DNA of 64,000 bases from Octopus vulgaris. Taxonomy: Eukaryota. Below, in pieces: positions 50,922 to 64,000 of this stretch; the first letter of the stretch is position 1; each line of letters begins with the position of its first letter. Made by a program: the position numbers and the translations under genes. The stretch spans positions 212,226,001-212,290,000 of the forward strand of contig OX597815.1 in the NCBI GenBank assembly GCA_951406725.2, in the 5' to 3' direction. The notes beneath the pieces are model-generated. The model was not told the origin of the DNA. It ran no database searches and saw only the letters and a list, made by a program, of their open reading frames with translations.

Positions 50922-53900
50922 AAATACTTGCCTTAATAAGTGCAATGTAGAAATAAAAGCTAAAATAAATTGTCTTTCTAAAGGACGGACACACGGACAC
51001 ACACACTGATCAGACTTGTCATAAAGGCAGAATCAAGAGATTACGTAAACCATAAAAATACCATATTGAATTCTGAAAAACTGAGGGCTACATTAATCAT
51101 AGATAGGGAGTCTGACACTTCTGGTTTAAGGAAACAACTCAAACCAAATAGCTAATTGTTAAGAACTAGCAACAACAAGAACAAAATGAGAGTGAATTGT
51201 GTAGCCCTAAACAAAAGAATTTTACATTAAACACAACTGAAGCCACATTTAAGTAATACTTAATAAGTGTTGTTAATAGTTAAGGTCTTCGATTGTAAGA
51301 AAAAGAAACATGATCTGTTTGAAAATGCCACTTCTGTGAGTCACCTAATGTTTTTAAATAAATCCTGCAGGCAATATTTGGACCACTCTATACTTCACAG
51401 CAAACCATTATAAATGCCACACATGGGTTCCTTCCATCACGAATGTTAGTCAATATTACAAACAAATAATTATTGTAGATTATAAATGTCAAACTTTACC
51501 GCATGGAGACAAAGGAAGTAGGAATATTTATAGTAAACACTGAGTTTGGATAACAAGGAGGCCTTTTTGGACAACATTAATATACATAACAATCAATGCC
51601 TGACGTAAGTAAGTTATTCAAAGTCAGGTTGAATTAAATTCCTTTCAGGATAAAAACTCTCCATTTCAGCATCAACTTCAAGCAGAGAAAAAACAAATGG
51701 TAATAATAACTAATTTCCCATTTTATAGTTTGAGAAACAAGTAAAGCAAAGAAATTGATATAGAAAATTGATATAAACGTGAAATAGCCCTTAAGTGGTT
51801 CATAAATAGGGGATACAAAAGAGTATAGATTTTTAGATAAGTGGATCTCACAGGATTAGGTAAGACATGGAACTATATACTAACTTAATTTAATTGATTC
51901 CCCCACCTCGTTAATGTTAAAAGTATGAAAACAAATACTAAATACCATAACCATTTGGAGAAAAACTTTACATATGCATAACTTTCCAACAGAAAAAAAT
52001 TCTATTTTCAGTTTGTTTGTACCACCAGGTAAGTATCAAAGTGGAATCCAAAACTTTTGAATTTTATTTTTTTGTCCTCTTTTAAACTATGATCCAAAGA
52101 TGTGGTTCTTCAAAATTGCTATAGTTTAGAGGGTTTTTTTTTTTTTAATTCAAACGTTTTTAAATATATATATAATATAGATTAGAGATAAAACCATTAT
52201 TATGCAACTCAAACAGTGATAGACATAAACCAAAACTAAATAACAAATAATATATATTTTTATAGAACATAATAACTAGATCTCAGAAAGTACAAAAACG
52301 AATGATCAACATTATTATTATATACCAACAATGATCACCAACTGAAGGCAGCTTTCTTGTTTTCTAAAAATCATAAAGCGTCTGTCTGTGATCCATAAAA
52401 TAATCTTCCTAACAAGGATCAACATATATATTACCAATTCCAAGTGTGGCAGCGGAGTTGGAAAATATGGATCGTCTCTAGTTTATGGAGAATTATGTAA
52501 TCAAGAGAAATAATCAGAGATTCTACACCAATTTAATGCAGCACAAAAACACAGATAAGTTGGAAATCATTTCCCCCATAAATTATTATTTTTCTGTCCT
52601 GTGTTGAGTATATGACAAGATAAACGGTTAACCAGATGGAAACCTAAAGAATGATGTGATATTAGAAGTAAAATTCTTTTTAAAAACTTGCCAACATTTT
52701 CCCAAAAGTCACAAAAGTATAAGAGAAAAAAACTAAGAGAAACTATAGATTATGGTTGAAGATCCATGAACGTTGAAAAAAGACATCTAGTTTTAAAAAA
52801 GAATGGCATTTATCACTTAACAAGACCGAAATAATACATGTTTCGTCTTTCAAAAGTGGTTCTAAGAGGGAAAATGTCCGACATCGTTTCGAGAAAACAT
52901 TTTGGAAATATCAGGAGGAGTCTAAAGAAATACTATTAGCATTTTGTTTTCGTTTTTTACGATGAACAAACAAAACGAGTGGAATATATTTTAGACTAAC
53001 GTGGTCAGACGAATGCAGAATGGTGTTTGTTTTGTTATGAGAAGAAGAAGAAAAAGTGTCATTACGAAATCTGCTCCAATTCCATGTGTGAAAAAAGTGA
53101 GGCAGCTGGAAATGGAGTTAAAGACTTGCAACTAAAGTGATTGGATGAAAGAAGAAGAATTGCTAAAGATAGATCCACCTTGCTTCATTTTCCTTTTTCC
53201 CTCCTCTTCATAATAAAACTGATCTATAAAAAGAAATGGAATACTAGATTGGCCCAGGGTGGGGAAAAAACGTGTGTTAAAAACGACCAAAACAAACTTT
53301 TTATTAGTCAGAGAGACAAGATGACTCGCTTTTTTGCCTTGTAATCTTTATTTTCCTTTTAATATTCCAGCCAGGAACTAGATACACCACCACAATTAAA
53401 AATCGAACCTAATAACTAGCTGAACACCAGTAAATTATTTTATAAAACTAGCAGCTTTATTCCAGGCCAAGAAGAAACGAAAAAACTATTTGTTTTAAGA
53501 GAGAGATATACTTTTCCCAACCAGCAAGGTGGTTTCCCCTAATTTTCTGGTGTATGTTGCTAATTGCCAATTAACATCCATGTGTGTTTACTTAAGGGAC
53601 AGAAATATAATGACCACGAGGACAAGAAGCTAAATATTTAACACGTAGTAATTATTCAAACTTTGTCAAAGTAATAGCAGCATTAATATTAGTTACCAAC
53701 TGACAAAGAAAAGGTAAATAAAGTTGAAAAAATCAATAGACACATGGCAACGACTGCAAGTAGAAAATAAACTTGAAACCAAAATAACCTGTCCTCTTAG
53801 GTCGTTGTTTTCTTCCTCCCTTCTTTCCTGTTTATTTTTACTAACGATCTGGTGTTTATGAGTAAGTCACACGACACATTGCAGAGACAGACTTCCGATT

Positions 53901-56900
53901 TTTCTCGAAGTCTAAATAAGTGAGTCGTCCTGTCTTCTTCTTCTTCTTCTTAAGTGAATGAAAGAAGGGCAGAAGAAATAGCAGCAGCCAAACCCAACAG
54001 TAGGAGCAGAGTTTCCTCCTGAACAAGAAATAATAATATATGTAAAGGGAGGTAGCAGCAAAAACAACCTAAAAGCTAAAAAAAAACCCACTCAGCTATG
54101 ATAAGGGAATTCTTTTTAGTTTCCAGAAGTCTGAATATCCGATTACAGCAACCAATAAAGGCTAACAACAATAGCAATAAAATTAATAACTGCCATAGTA
54201 CAATCTAGACTTGGTGACCACTTTTATAATAATATTAACGATGGGTTAATCGGTGCGTGTGTGTTATGTGAAGTGATTTCACAACTAAGGTGGGTTTTAT
54301 TTTTAAAAATCTTACAGTGATTTTACACCAAGTGATCAGAGCTTTTTCTCGTGTTTTCTCTCTTTCTTTCGTCCGATTATCACATTAAAAACGGTTTCAT
54401 TATCGAGGGCCACTGATAAGAAATATCTATTTTGGACAGCTGTTGGATCTTGTAAATATTTCCATCAACACCCAACAGACTCAATTAGCTAACAAGACAG
54501 AAATGGCGAAATTAAGGAGATCCCATAAATTGTTTTTTATAAAAATGTAGGGAAACCGTTCATTAATCTGGGTAAGAAAGTTGAAAGAGCAACGTTTAAT
54601 GATGTCATAAATCTTACAAGCAACTGAGTTTATTGTTCTGTGTCAATATAAACCATCACAATTAACCTTCATCTAATAATTATCAAGTAAATTTCTATTC
54701 ATTTTAAGAAAGAAGACTGGATATATTTTTTGAAGAAGATTTAGGTCTTTACGAAACGATTTCAATGTAAAAAGATAAAAATCCCGAATCAGTCGAAGCT
54801 GAGATTGCGAGGACTAATTTACGAAGTGGAACACTTCAGACAGAAATAGGGTCGAATCGATCAAAACCCTTTCTCTTATAAAAAGGAGCCGTGTGATTAA
54901 AGACTAAATACTAATAACCATTAATATTAGGATTTCTTAAACAAACATACAGCCACAAATAATGACTCCCTAATTACGTGTAAAGTATTAATTAGATAAG
55001 GAATAGTTTGATTAAGAGGAGCCAATATCTTAATGGCACTTATTTTCATCAAGACATTAATTAGCATTAAAACAAGGGAGAGTTTATAGGATAGCCGGGT
55101 AAGGTCAAAAGCTACAGAATCTATATAATTTAAGGTTTTGGATTTTGCCCTTCGTCTGAGACTCAGAAAAAGTGGCACTGCTTGGGTAAGAAAGGACACC
55201 GAGAAAGAGAGAGAGAAAGCCCATGTTAAAATCATTTGTCTCTAATCAACACAGCAATTAAATGGTCGGTGGCAGACAGGGAGAGAGCATGGTTTACCGC
55301 AGATAACCACCAGATTAATTACTGTCAACTTATCAAATTAAATGTACACCATTCGGGAGCGATAAGCTTAGCTGTAAACATTAGACAGTAGCACCAAATG
55401 TTAGCGAAATAAGATTGCATGAACGAACAATAGGTGGTTGTTATGTGGCGGGTATGTATCATATGGGTGACAGAAGGAGCTGACAACAATAGCAGCCAAG
55501 TTTCTTTCAATCACCTCCGTTTTTAAGACAGTAAATAATGTAAGTACAAGATAGACAAGGCCTGAAATAAAATTCAAAATTAAAAAAAAAAAATGGTCAG
55601 AGTAAGAAGGAACTATTTTGATCATTTGCCCACTCATCAGATTTGACCAGGGGTTAAACAAAAGACCAGCGAGAAGGAAGATCCAATGAAGGGGAGGCTT
55701 TGTTGAACCAAATTTATCCCTTACATCATCCCAGCTGATACATCTTGTCCTCGTTTTCTTTATTAAAAAAAAATTAAATTCTCAGACGACAAAAAAAAAA
55801 AATCAGAACTATCACAATAATTATCATACACTGCTAATTAATATATGAATAAATGTAATCATTAAAAAAATTGTTTTCTTACATAAGCATAACAAATATT
55901 TAGGATTAGAAAGTGCGTTGGTGGAGCTTAGAGTCCATCTGAAGCGACCAACATTACTTAAATCAACACTAATCACTAATATAATGAAGCTAATAAAGAA
56001 AGTATTCCTATTAATGAGGCTGACACAAAGTACTCCTAACAGGACCGGTTTGTTCCAGGAGAACACTTGCCTATGAAAAGATTACATTATATACACTATA
56101 CTGATATATACATTATACACACAGGAGCTTCTATTATATAGAAGTTCTCTTTTTATGCTGACACACAGTGCTTACTCTGTTTTAAAGATGCAGCCCCATA
56201 TCTCAGATATGAAGAAGGGAAAATTCGCAATTTTGAATGAGGGGTTAGGTAGGGTATATCACATTTCATTTAAATACCATAAATAATAGTTGGAATATAT
56301 TTTCTTTTAAGTCGCTAATTAACAACAAAAGCATGGCTAGTTCACGACAACACAATTTATATAATAATGGTATTATTACACGTCTGTGAAACAAAAAGAT
56401 CAGGCTTTAAGTTCTATTTTAAGTGTTCTCTTAACTTTTTCTTCCTGCAACTTTTTTTTTTAACTGCATTCCTTTCAGTTATGGCTGTCTCTGTTTTTAA
56501 GATACATCTCTGGAGAAGTTAATATATTACGAAGGAACAATGGGCCTCGCTAGAAATAGCAGCCAAATCGTCAAATCACACGACACTAGCATCTTGAAAA
56601 AGAAGCGAAAAACAACGATGGAAAGTACACAAAGTCTGAACTAAAGATACGATGGTCATAGCTAAAGTGTCACTGATCATGTCTGTTCAATAAGGACCGA
56701 TCTAAGGTTAAACATGTATTCGATCGATCGATAGATAACAGATAGATGGATCGATAGATAGATATAGATATATAGAGATACCTTGCTCCAGCTGGAAGTG
56801 CCCTAGTCTTCACCGAAACAAACTGAACAGTTAATGCAAAGCAGACCGGTGCGTGTATAATATTATGTATTATATTTGCTACTGTTATGCTTGAGTGACA

Positions 56901-58011
56901 AAAGTGTATATATATATATATTTTATACATCAATCCATCTCTGCCAGTGCGTTATATTTATTCCTTTTTTAATCCACGGGGGCAAATATGAGGCTTCGCT
57001 TGGTATAAGCTTTTATATGTTATTGTTTTACAACCACTTAATAGTAATGGTACGATTGTCTAGCTTCGTTTTTATATATTTTGTTCTAATAACTGTTTAC
57101 TTTAATATTCCCATTCTGTACTAAAATCCAGACGGCAGACTCAAGAAGATTAAACAAATAACAACTGGCTCCCGACCTTCCTACCATGGCAGTAGCATCG
57201 ATGATGATGATGATTTCTTTTATTTGCCACAAGGGCGACGGATGAGGCGGGGGAGAATACAAAAACGGACATAAAACTATATTTACAAAGAAAGGAATGA
57301 TAAAAAGAAAAAGAAGTAGAAAGTAAACAATGTATACAAAAGAACAGATGTATATATATATACATTACCAAAACAAAAAAAAAGGTGATAGTGAATAATA
57401 AGTTTTTCCCTATAGACAGAAAGGCCTGAGATGTTGTGAGGGGGTCAGGGTGGTCGATCGCACTGACCCACCATGACCCTCCACTGATACTTAATTTCAA
57501 TCAACCCCCAGAAAAAGGCAAAGTTGACCTCGGCGGAAACAATAATGATGATGATGATAATAATAATTACCAGCAGGTGTCCATGACATTAAAAAAAAAC
57601 AAAAGCAAAAGAAAAGCCAAGGTAAAATAGTCCAGCGAATGGTAAGGTAGTAAGTGAGAGCCAGACAGCAGCCACTTGGTTCCCTCTCTGGATGTAGCGA
57701 GATACGTGTGCCACAAACTGCCGCGACTTTCACACACACACACACACTCTCTCTTTGTCTCTTTCTATATGGGCCGTTTTTCACCCTCCTACCACCTCAT
57801 CTGCTTCTGCATGTCTCCACCACACACACTCACGCTCTTACTCTCACTCTTTCCTTTTCCTCCCTTCCTCCCCTTCACCGTTGTTCTCTAAACTTAACAG
57901 CTTCTTTATTCAGTGACAGATGAGACAAAACAAATTACCTCCCTTGATACAGTTTTACTATTTTTATTCTGCCTTTTTATAACTTTTTACTTCACACACA
58001 AATACATAAAT

Positions 58012-58024
58012 CCATATATATCTG

Positions 58025-58065
<41 letters not shown>

Positions 58066-58323
58066 ATTTATATATATATATATGTGTGTGTGTGTGTATG
58101 TATATATATATATATATGTGTGTGTATTTATATATATATATATATGTGTGTGTATTATATATATATATGTGTGTGTGTATTTATATATGTGTGTGTGTAT
58201 TTATATATATATGTGTGTGTGTATTTATATATATATGTGTGTGTGTATTTATATATATGTGTGTGTGTGTATATTTATATATATGTGTGTGTGTATTTAT
58301 ATATATATGTGTGTGTGTATATT

Positions 58324-58361
<38 letters not shown>

Positions 58362-58380
58362 TACATACAAACACACACAC
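58012..58380. repeat. Compound (TA)n(TG)n microsatellite with ~24-bp higher-order period
   Basis: Recurrent ATATATATATGTGTGTGTGTATTT units, then (TA)n(CA)n; explains the overlapping CV/IY ORFs. Confidence 0.95.
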
Positions 58381-59034
58381 ATCCACATACATTTCCTGTC
58401 GCCTCACACTTATCTGGTGGAACACTAACTCCCTCTTACTATCCATCGTAAGACATGTGACGTACCACGGGGCTTCCTAGCATTTCGTGATGTCTATTTC
58501 TATTCTTCTAAGTTCAAATACTGAGATGTCAAGTTCACCTTTCACTCTTGCGGGTTTGATATAATAAAAGGGATCAGGGGGGAAATAGGTGAACAATCCA
58601 ATCGTATATAATACTTTCTCAAAACAAAATGTACTGGATTTTAGTTTTAGGTACATATAACTTGCATGATTACTTAGGAAACAAAAACAGTGCGGGGGGG
58701 GATATTTGGGTGACCCAAGTAAACAAAAAAAAAGGTAAATTATTTTGGTGGTACGGATAGCAAAATTGGTGGCGCATCAAACAAAACTTCTGCCATTTAT
58801 ATTCAGTTCTGTCTTTTTACGTCGTAATTTTAAATTCCATCGACGATAAACACTACTTTTCATATTTCCGAGGTAGATAAAAATCAAAGTCAAGCACTAT
58901 TGTCCATGTAACCGAATGCAACCTTCCTGAAAAATTTAATAGCTTTGTGTGTGTGTGTGTGTGTGTGTCCCCTCCACAACATACTTTTGTAACTTGTCTT
59001 TGTAATGCCCCCCTCGTCCGATGCCCTAATGGCA

Positions 59035-59295
59035 ATGAAAGGCGGTGGATTGATAGAAAACCGTTAGAGAGTCGGACGAAATACTTAGTGGTATTTCTCT
59101 CGGCTTTCTATATTCTAAGTTCAAATCCTATCGAAGTCAACTTAGTTTTTCATCACTTTGGGGTCTGTAAAGCAAAGTGAAAAAAAACAGTCAAGTACTG
59201 GAGTCGATGATGTCGACTAACAACACATGCTCTCTCCCCGCTAAAAATCGCTAGCCTTGTTCTAGGAATAGAAAGAACTATTATTATTATTATTA
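59035..59295 (+). mobile_element. SINE of the 10746 family (diverged)
   Basis: Head, AGTTCAAATCC B box and (TTA)n tail. Confidence 0.7.
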
Positions 59296-60021
59296 TCAGC
59301 GAGATAATTAAGTCATCAAAAGCTGGAACTGACGAAGCCAATAATTGATTCGTTGATATTAATATAACAACTGATAAAAGTTCCTATTGCCGATATCAAT
59401 ACAACTAATCCAGCCACCACGCAACAACACCACAATGGCTCGAATACATGTGTTCTGATATAGTTTTTTGGTCGTTGTTTTTTAAATACTATTGATCTTT
59501 AGGAGACAGGGTGTTCTGTTTTAAACAGTTCTATTTTCAAATGCATTTCTAGCATGACTGGCGTGGCATAAACTTCAAAGAGAAAGAAGGGTGGTGGTGG
59601 TGAGAAAGCTAAAACAGAGAAGTAGGGCGGTGAGAGCTGCTGAAAGGAGTCAGATCTCATCGACGGGCAAATTACACATTACAAGCACTTTTGAACTGTC
59701 TGCTTTCCAAGTGAAAGGAAGGGTGGGAGAAATTATCTCCTTTAAAATGACTTCAGCCTGACATTATTTAGATGAAAATAAATATAAAACAATGATGTAA
59801 GGAGAGCGAGCGGATTTATCAATGCGTTAATATACATCTTACAGAAGTTTAATAATCATTCATCCATTCATTATCAGATCTATTCATTTATATTACGTGG
59901 GCTTTTTATTTTTACCGAGATCGAAACCAGGTCGTGCACGCGGTTTTCAGAACAAATTTTCTCTTCTCTACTCTGAAATATTCTGAAGTTAATTAAACTT
60001 TTCTGTGTACACTATTATATT

Positions 60022-60215
60022 TGATTCTTTTATTTGTTTCAGTCATTTGACTGCGGCGATGCTGGAGCACCACCTTCAGTCGAACAAATCGGCCCCAAGA
60101 CATTCTTTGTAAGCCTAGTACTTACCCTATCGGTTTATTTTGCCGAACCGCTAAGTTACGGAGACGTAAACACACCTGCATCGGTTGTTAAGCGATGTTG
60201 GGGGGACAAATACAG

Positions 60216-60264
<49 letters not shown>

Positions 60265-60386
60265 ATGGGTTTGCTTCAGTTTCTGTCTACCAAATTCACT
60301 CACAAGGCTTTGGTCGGTGCTACGCAGTGGGACTGAACCCGTGACTATGTGGTTGGTAAGCAAGCTACTTACCACACAGCCACTTC
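60022..60386 (-). mobile_element. SINE family A with internal deletion
   Basis: Head and tail present. Confidence 0.85.
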
Positions 60387-61390
60387 TCTCTCGAGCAATA
60401 TATCAACAGCGAATATTATTTAGACAGGCCTCGCCAGCCAAACTTACCAAAGGGAAAAAAGGAAATCGTGATTTTCATGTTTTGCCCAAGATATTTGCAA
60501 ATTTGGGTTGTCGTTGGAAACATTAACATCTAAGGACTTTGCTTATAAGGCTACGTTCTATAGAAAGCATTTGGTCTAACAAAGGAGCGTGTGACACTGG
60601 AAACCCGTAGGAAAAGCGTGTTGCATGAGATGGGATGAGCCTTATTGGACACCGTCTCATAGTTCACATTTACAGTTGAGGTTTCGTGATACATATGTCT
60701 GGTATATCGTTCTATAGGGCCTCAGTCCACTTTACTGTCGGCAACAGATATTAGATTAATCAGATTTCCAGCCTCAGACCAGACCAGAATCAATCGGTCA
60801 GCCTATGTTGTGACTGGATGCGAATTCCAGTTCTGATTCACAAGCTGCATTTGATTAAATGGTGTTTGCGCAACAGCCTACGCTGCATCAAAAGCGTCAC
60901 GCAGAAGACGTCTTCCATAGATACAGACTTGGCTGTGTTTAGTATCACACACATCACCATGGTCACAAGCAGCAGCGTGTGTCAGTTCTATGTATGTCAC
61001 CTGCCGCCTCACCAAGCCAATACACATGACACAGACAGCAGGGGAGGATTTCAGCAAGAAACAAAGATTATAAAGTCAGCGTTTACTTGCAAAGCGAATG
61101 CAATAATGTTGATGCTCGTGAATTTAAAGAGCAGCGATGGATAAGCATCCGTCGTTGTTGTTGTTGTTTGGCTCCAGGCTAGCCATGATCGAGCAAACCT
61201 ATGACGGTTCCAAGAGTGACCATCTCGTCTTTTCCTTCTTTTTTTTTCATTTTCTGCCCCCTTCAGACATAGTATAACCGAAAGTACGTTATCTAATGTG
61301 TTGTTCCTAGAAATTGAGAGAGAATTAGCTACTCTTACTAACAGGTTGATCAACTGCTTTAGTTCATGCTAGTCTTGAATATACGTTGGA

Positions 61391-61796
61391 CTCCCTTTTA
61401 CTCTTTTACTTGTTTCAGTCATTTGACTGCGGCCATGTTGGAGCACCGCCTTTAGTGGAGCAAATCGACCCCAGGACTTATTCTTTGTAAGCCTAGTTCT
61501 TATTCTATCGGTCTCTTTTGCCAAACCTCTAAGTTACAGGGACGTAAACACACCAGCATCGGTGGTCAAGCAATGTTGGGGGGACAAACACAGACACACA
61601 AACATATATATATATATATATATATTATACACGATGGGCTTCCTTCGGTTTCCGTTTACCAAATCCACTCACAAGGCTTTGGCTGGCCCAAAGCTATAGT
61701 AGAAGACGCTTGCCTAAGGTGCTACGAAGTGGGACTGAATCCGGAACCATGCGGTTGGTAAGCAAGCTACTTACCACACAGCCACTCCTGCACCTA
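61391..61796 (-). mobile_element. SINE family A, full length
   Basis: Head, body and tail present. Confidence 0.9.
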
Positions 61797-64000
61797 TATT
61801 CATATGATGGAAATGCATTTGAAAACATACTGGCAGCACATAAATAGATAACCATCATATTTCTGATTAAGTCAATTCAAATAGTGTCACCAGTTTTATG
61901 TTTGCAAGAATCCCTGAATCCCAAAATCTCAGTAATGTGTTATGCTTTTCAATGACTGCTAGGTATAACTATCAATAATGATATCAAAGGGATTTGCACA
62001 TATCTCAACAGTATCATTATCATAAGAAAAACTACAAAGGAGTAAAATGGGAACTTTGCTCAACTTAATGAAAAAAGATAACATTACAATGAACAATGAC
62101 AAATTGACAATATGCAATGCGTTATTATATTGAACAACCTCAGTCAAACATCCATTTGTTACCTAGGATACTACAACATTAATAATTCTCTGCAACCTGA
62201 CCTGGAAAGACTGAAACCAGTCATTAATTACCTGGTACCTGCTAATGCTAAATGATTAAAGCAACTACGAGGTTTATTTAGTTACCACTCTAAATGGGTG
62301 TTTCCTTTTGTCAAAACAAATTCAAACTTTACAAAATCCTCCTTTTTTTCCATTGCAGAAATACACTTAGGCAGTATTCATTCGTTTAAAACTTTGATAG
62401 CTAATGCCTCTCCCTTTTACCTGTCGAACTGAAATTCCATTACAGGTTTCCAAATGATGAAGCTCCAGAGATTACAATTTGGGGGGTCCATTCACTGTAA
62501 TAAATTTGTTGCCTTCTTCTCCAGAATTCATTCTCACACTAAACAAAACCTTTTCTCATTTAGAAAAAGTGGTTACAGCCATTTCAATAAGTGTTAGGAA
62601 ATGGCAAACTTTTCTACTTTACTTAAAGAGGAACTCATAGATTCATTACTGCATTGCTTATCAAGGATTCACAAAATACCAGAAAAACTAAATCTTTAAA
62701 AAGAAATTTGATTTCTCTTCCAGTTCTCTAATCAGACTGTTGCATCCAATGTAATGTTTTTAATAATTAATATACTCCGATGAATTGGAACAACCCTCTC
62801 CTCCGTCCTCTACCTCTTTACTCATAGAATTGATTGTCAGAGGATGAGGTTGTCCAGCAGGGGTTCACTACCAGGTAGAACAGAATCACCTCACTCATGT
62901 GTGGTGCCTCAGTAAGCTACTTTCATTTCCCTGCCATGCCATCCCATGGCTACTGACTTCCAGCTGGGCTTCTTTACACAGATGGAAACAGTGTTTAGTA
63001 GAAATAATTTCTTCCTCTGTTTCAACAGCTGTCTCCTAAACTTCTGAAAAGGTCACGAGTACTGCCCTCTCTCATTCAAATAAACCATAACATTTAAGAG
63101 GGGGAAAAAGGACATTATCACAGCACTAACATATATTTGCTTTCAGTTGGTGGTGGTAACCCAGACAGGAGAAGGACGATTATGTTTCATAATGACTGGT
63201 TCAGTGCCTCACTATTCTGATTTCAAACCCTTAACTGGATCTTCTTCACTTTTCATTTTCTGAGTTTAATTAAAACTGAGTGTCAGTTCAATGTCTTATT
63301 AAAATTATGTTTGTCAAATTTTCCATGAAGTGTTGGTTTCTTTTTCACAGGGCATAAATGTGTTACGTTTCTGAGGAGGGGACTGTGACTTGCTATAAAA
63401 TAGTAGTGTAGGTAACAAAAGAAAAACTTCAACATGTCACCAGGTTATTTTAAGAAAGGCTTATATTTTCCTTTGTTTTGCTCTGTTAATATGGATTTCT
63501 TAAACAGATACAAATAATAGGGAGTAAAATTTAAACATTATATAGTGTTTGTACTTTTTCCAACCTATGAATGTTATATAATAAATGATACAAACAGGTT
63601 TCAATAAAGAACCCAAACTTATTAATATTTATTTTTCTCTTTAATGATATAATCACATTAGCTGGAAGGCAGAGCACAGGACCTTCTCAGAGACCAGCTG
63701 AAGGAAAGGAAGAGGTTATTCTTCAACCAGAGACCTTGCTGAATGCTTTCCATAAAGTGGACTTCACTAAAGTCCTCCAAAGAACAGGTAGTAATGCAAA
63801 CTGGGTGAGAGATTAAGCATCTGGCCCTAATTGAGAACTGATTTCTAGCTCTGCAGTTCATGCCACACTATTCCTTAAAATGTTAAAGCCAATAGTTTAT
63901 AAATTACACCAAGTGATAAGGTGATTAAGCAGCTGTTTCAGTCATTATCATATTAATTTATTTCCAAGAATCTTTTATCTAAGATTTATACTTCTTTTTA

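Larger units (their letters stand above)
52300..61300. promoter_or_regulatory. CpG-retaining, TE-poor region; candidate internal/alternative promoter of the minus-strand RhoGEF
   Basis: By eye, CpG is more frequent here than in the flanks, and no young SINE/RTE copies are seen between about 51 and 57.4 kb. Inference only; not counted. Confidence 0.35.

Noticed and set aside
52012-52028. Plus-strand 17-nt micro-exon (ttttcag|...CAG|gtaagt)
   Set aside because: Isolated motif with no partner exons identifiable; compatible with chance.
54927-55235. ORF containing FLSLRRRAKSK as possible upstream RhoGEF exon
   Set aside because: No GT donor after the basic stretch to join the phase-0 acceptor at 34874. 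The expected upstream coding exon was not found in the window.
57913-58480. Long CV/IY-rich ORFs
   Set aside because: Translation of a compound microsatellite.

Overview
Eukaryotic, AT-rich, repeat-dense genomic DNA. The SINE, LINE and MITE complement and the (TA)n/(CA)n microsatellites point to an Octopus genome (recognised from memory, not searched). Most of the window is intronic sequence of a large minus-strand gene. Five small exons with canonical AG/GT boundaries (34874-34742, 21296-21223, 13311-13251, 12244-12183, 3331-3303) splice in frame to GKDGKEKENKHKNA-HQFVSLSISNTSLCHVCNKSMANKAAVQCENCLINVHESSCKEHIPPC-SKLSKSK-ATLQEGSNHGLREKQYPSAP-VQSSKCLDSSKRSSSAPAWSL-EGNLSQTWP. This is a K/E-rich segment, a C1 zinc finger and a Ser-rich linker, as in Lbc-family RhoGEFs (AKAP13/ARHGEF28/ARHGEF18/ARHGEF2). 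The DH-PH exons should lie beyond position 1. Introns hold at least four tRNA-derived SINE families, many 5'-truncated RTE LINE 3' ends, a CR1-type LINE, a decayed Tc1, mariner/piggyBac/hAT/Merlin-type MITEs and fold-back structures. Nearly all listed ORFs are spurious or TE-derived. Most notable: RTE 3' UTR arrays of a putative pseudoknot plus variable-loop hairpin; a covarying terminal hairpin shared by a LINE and two SINE families; two long intronic inverted repeats; and a CpG-retaining, TE-poor zone at about 52-61 kb that may be an internal promoter. No CRISPR array, rRNA or true tRNA gene is supported.
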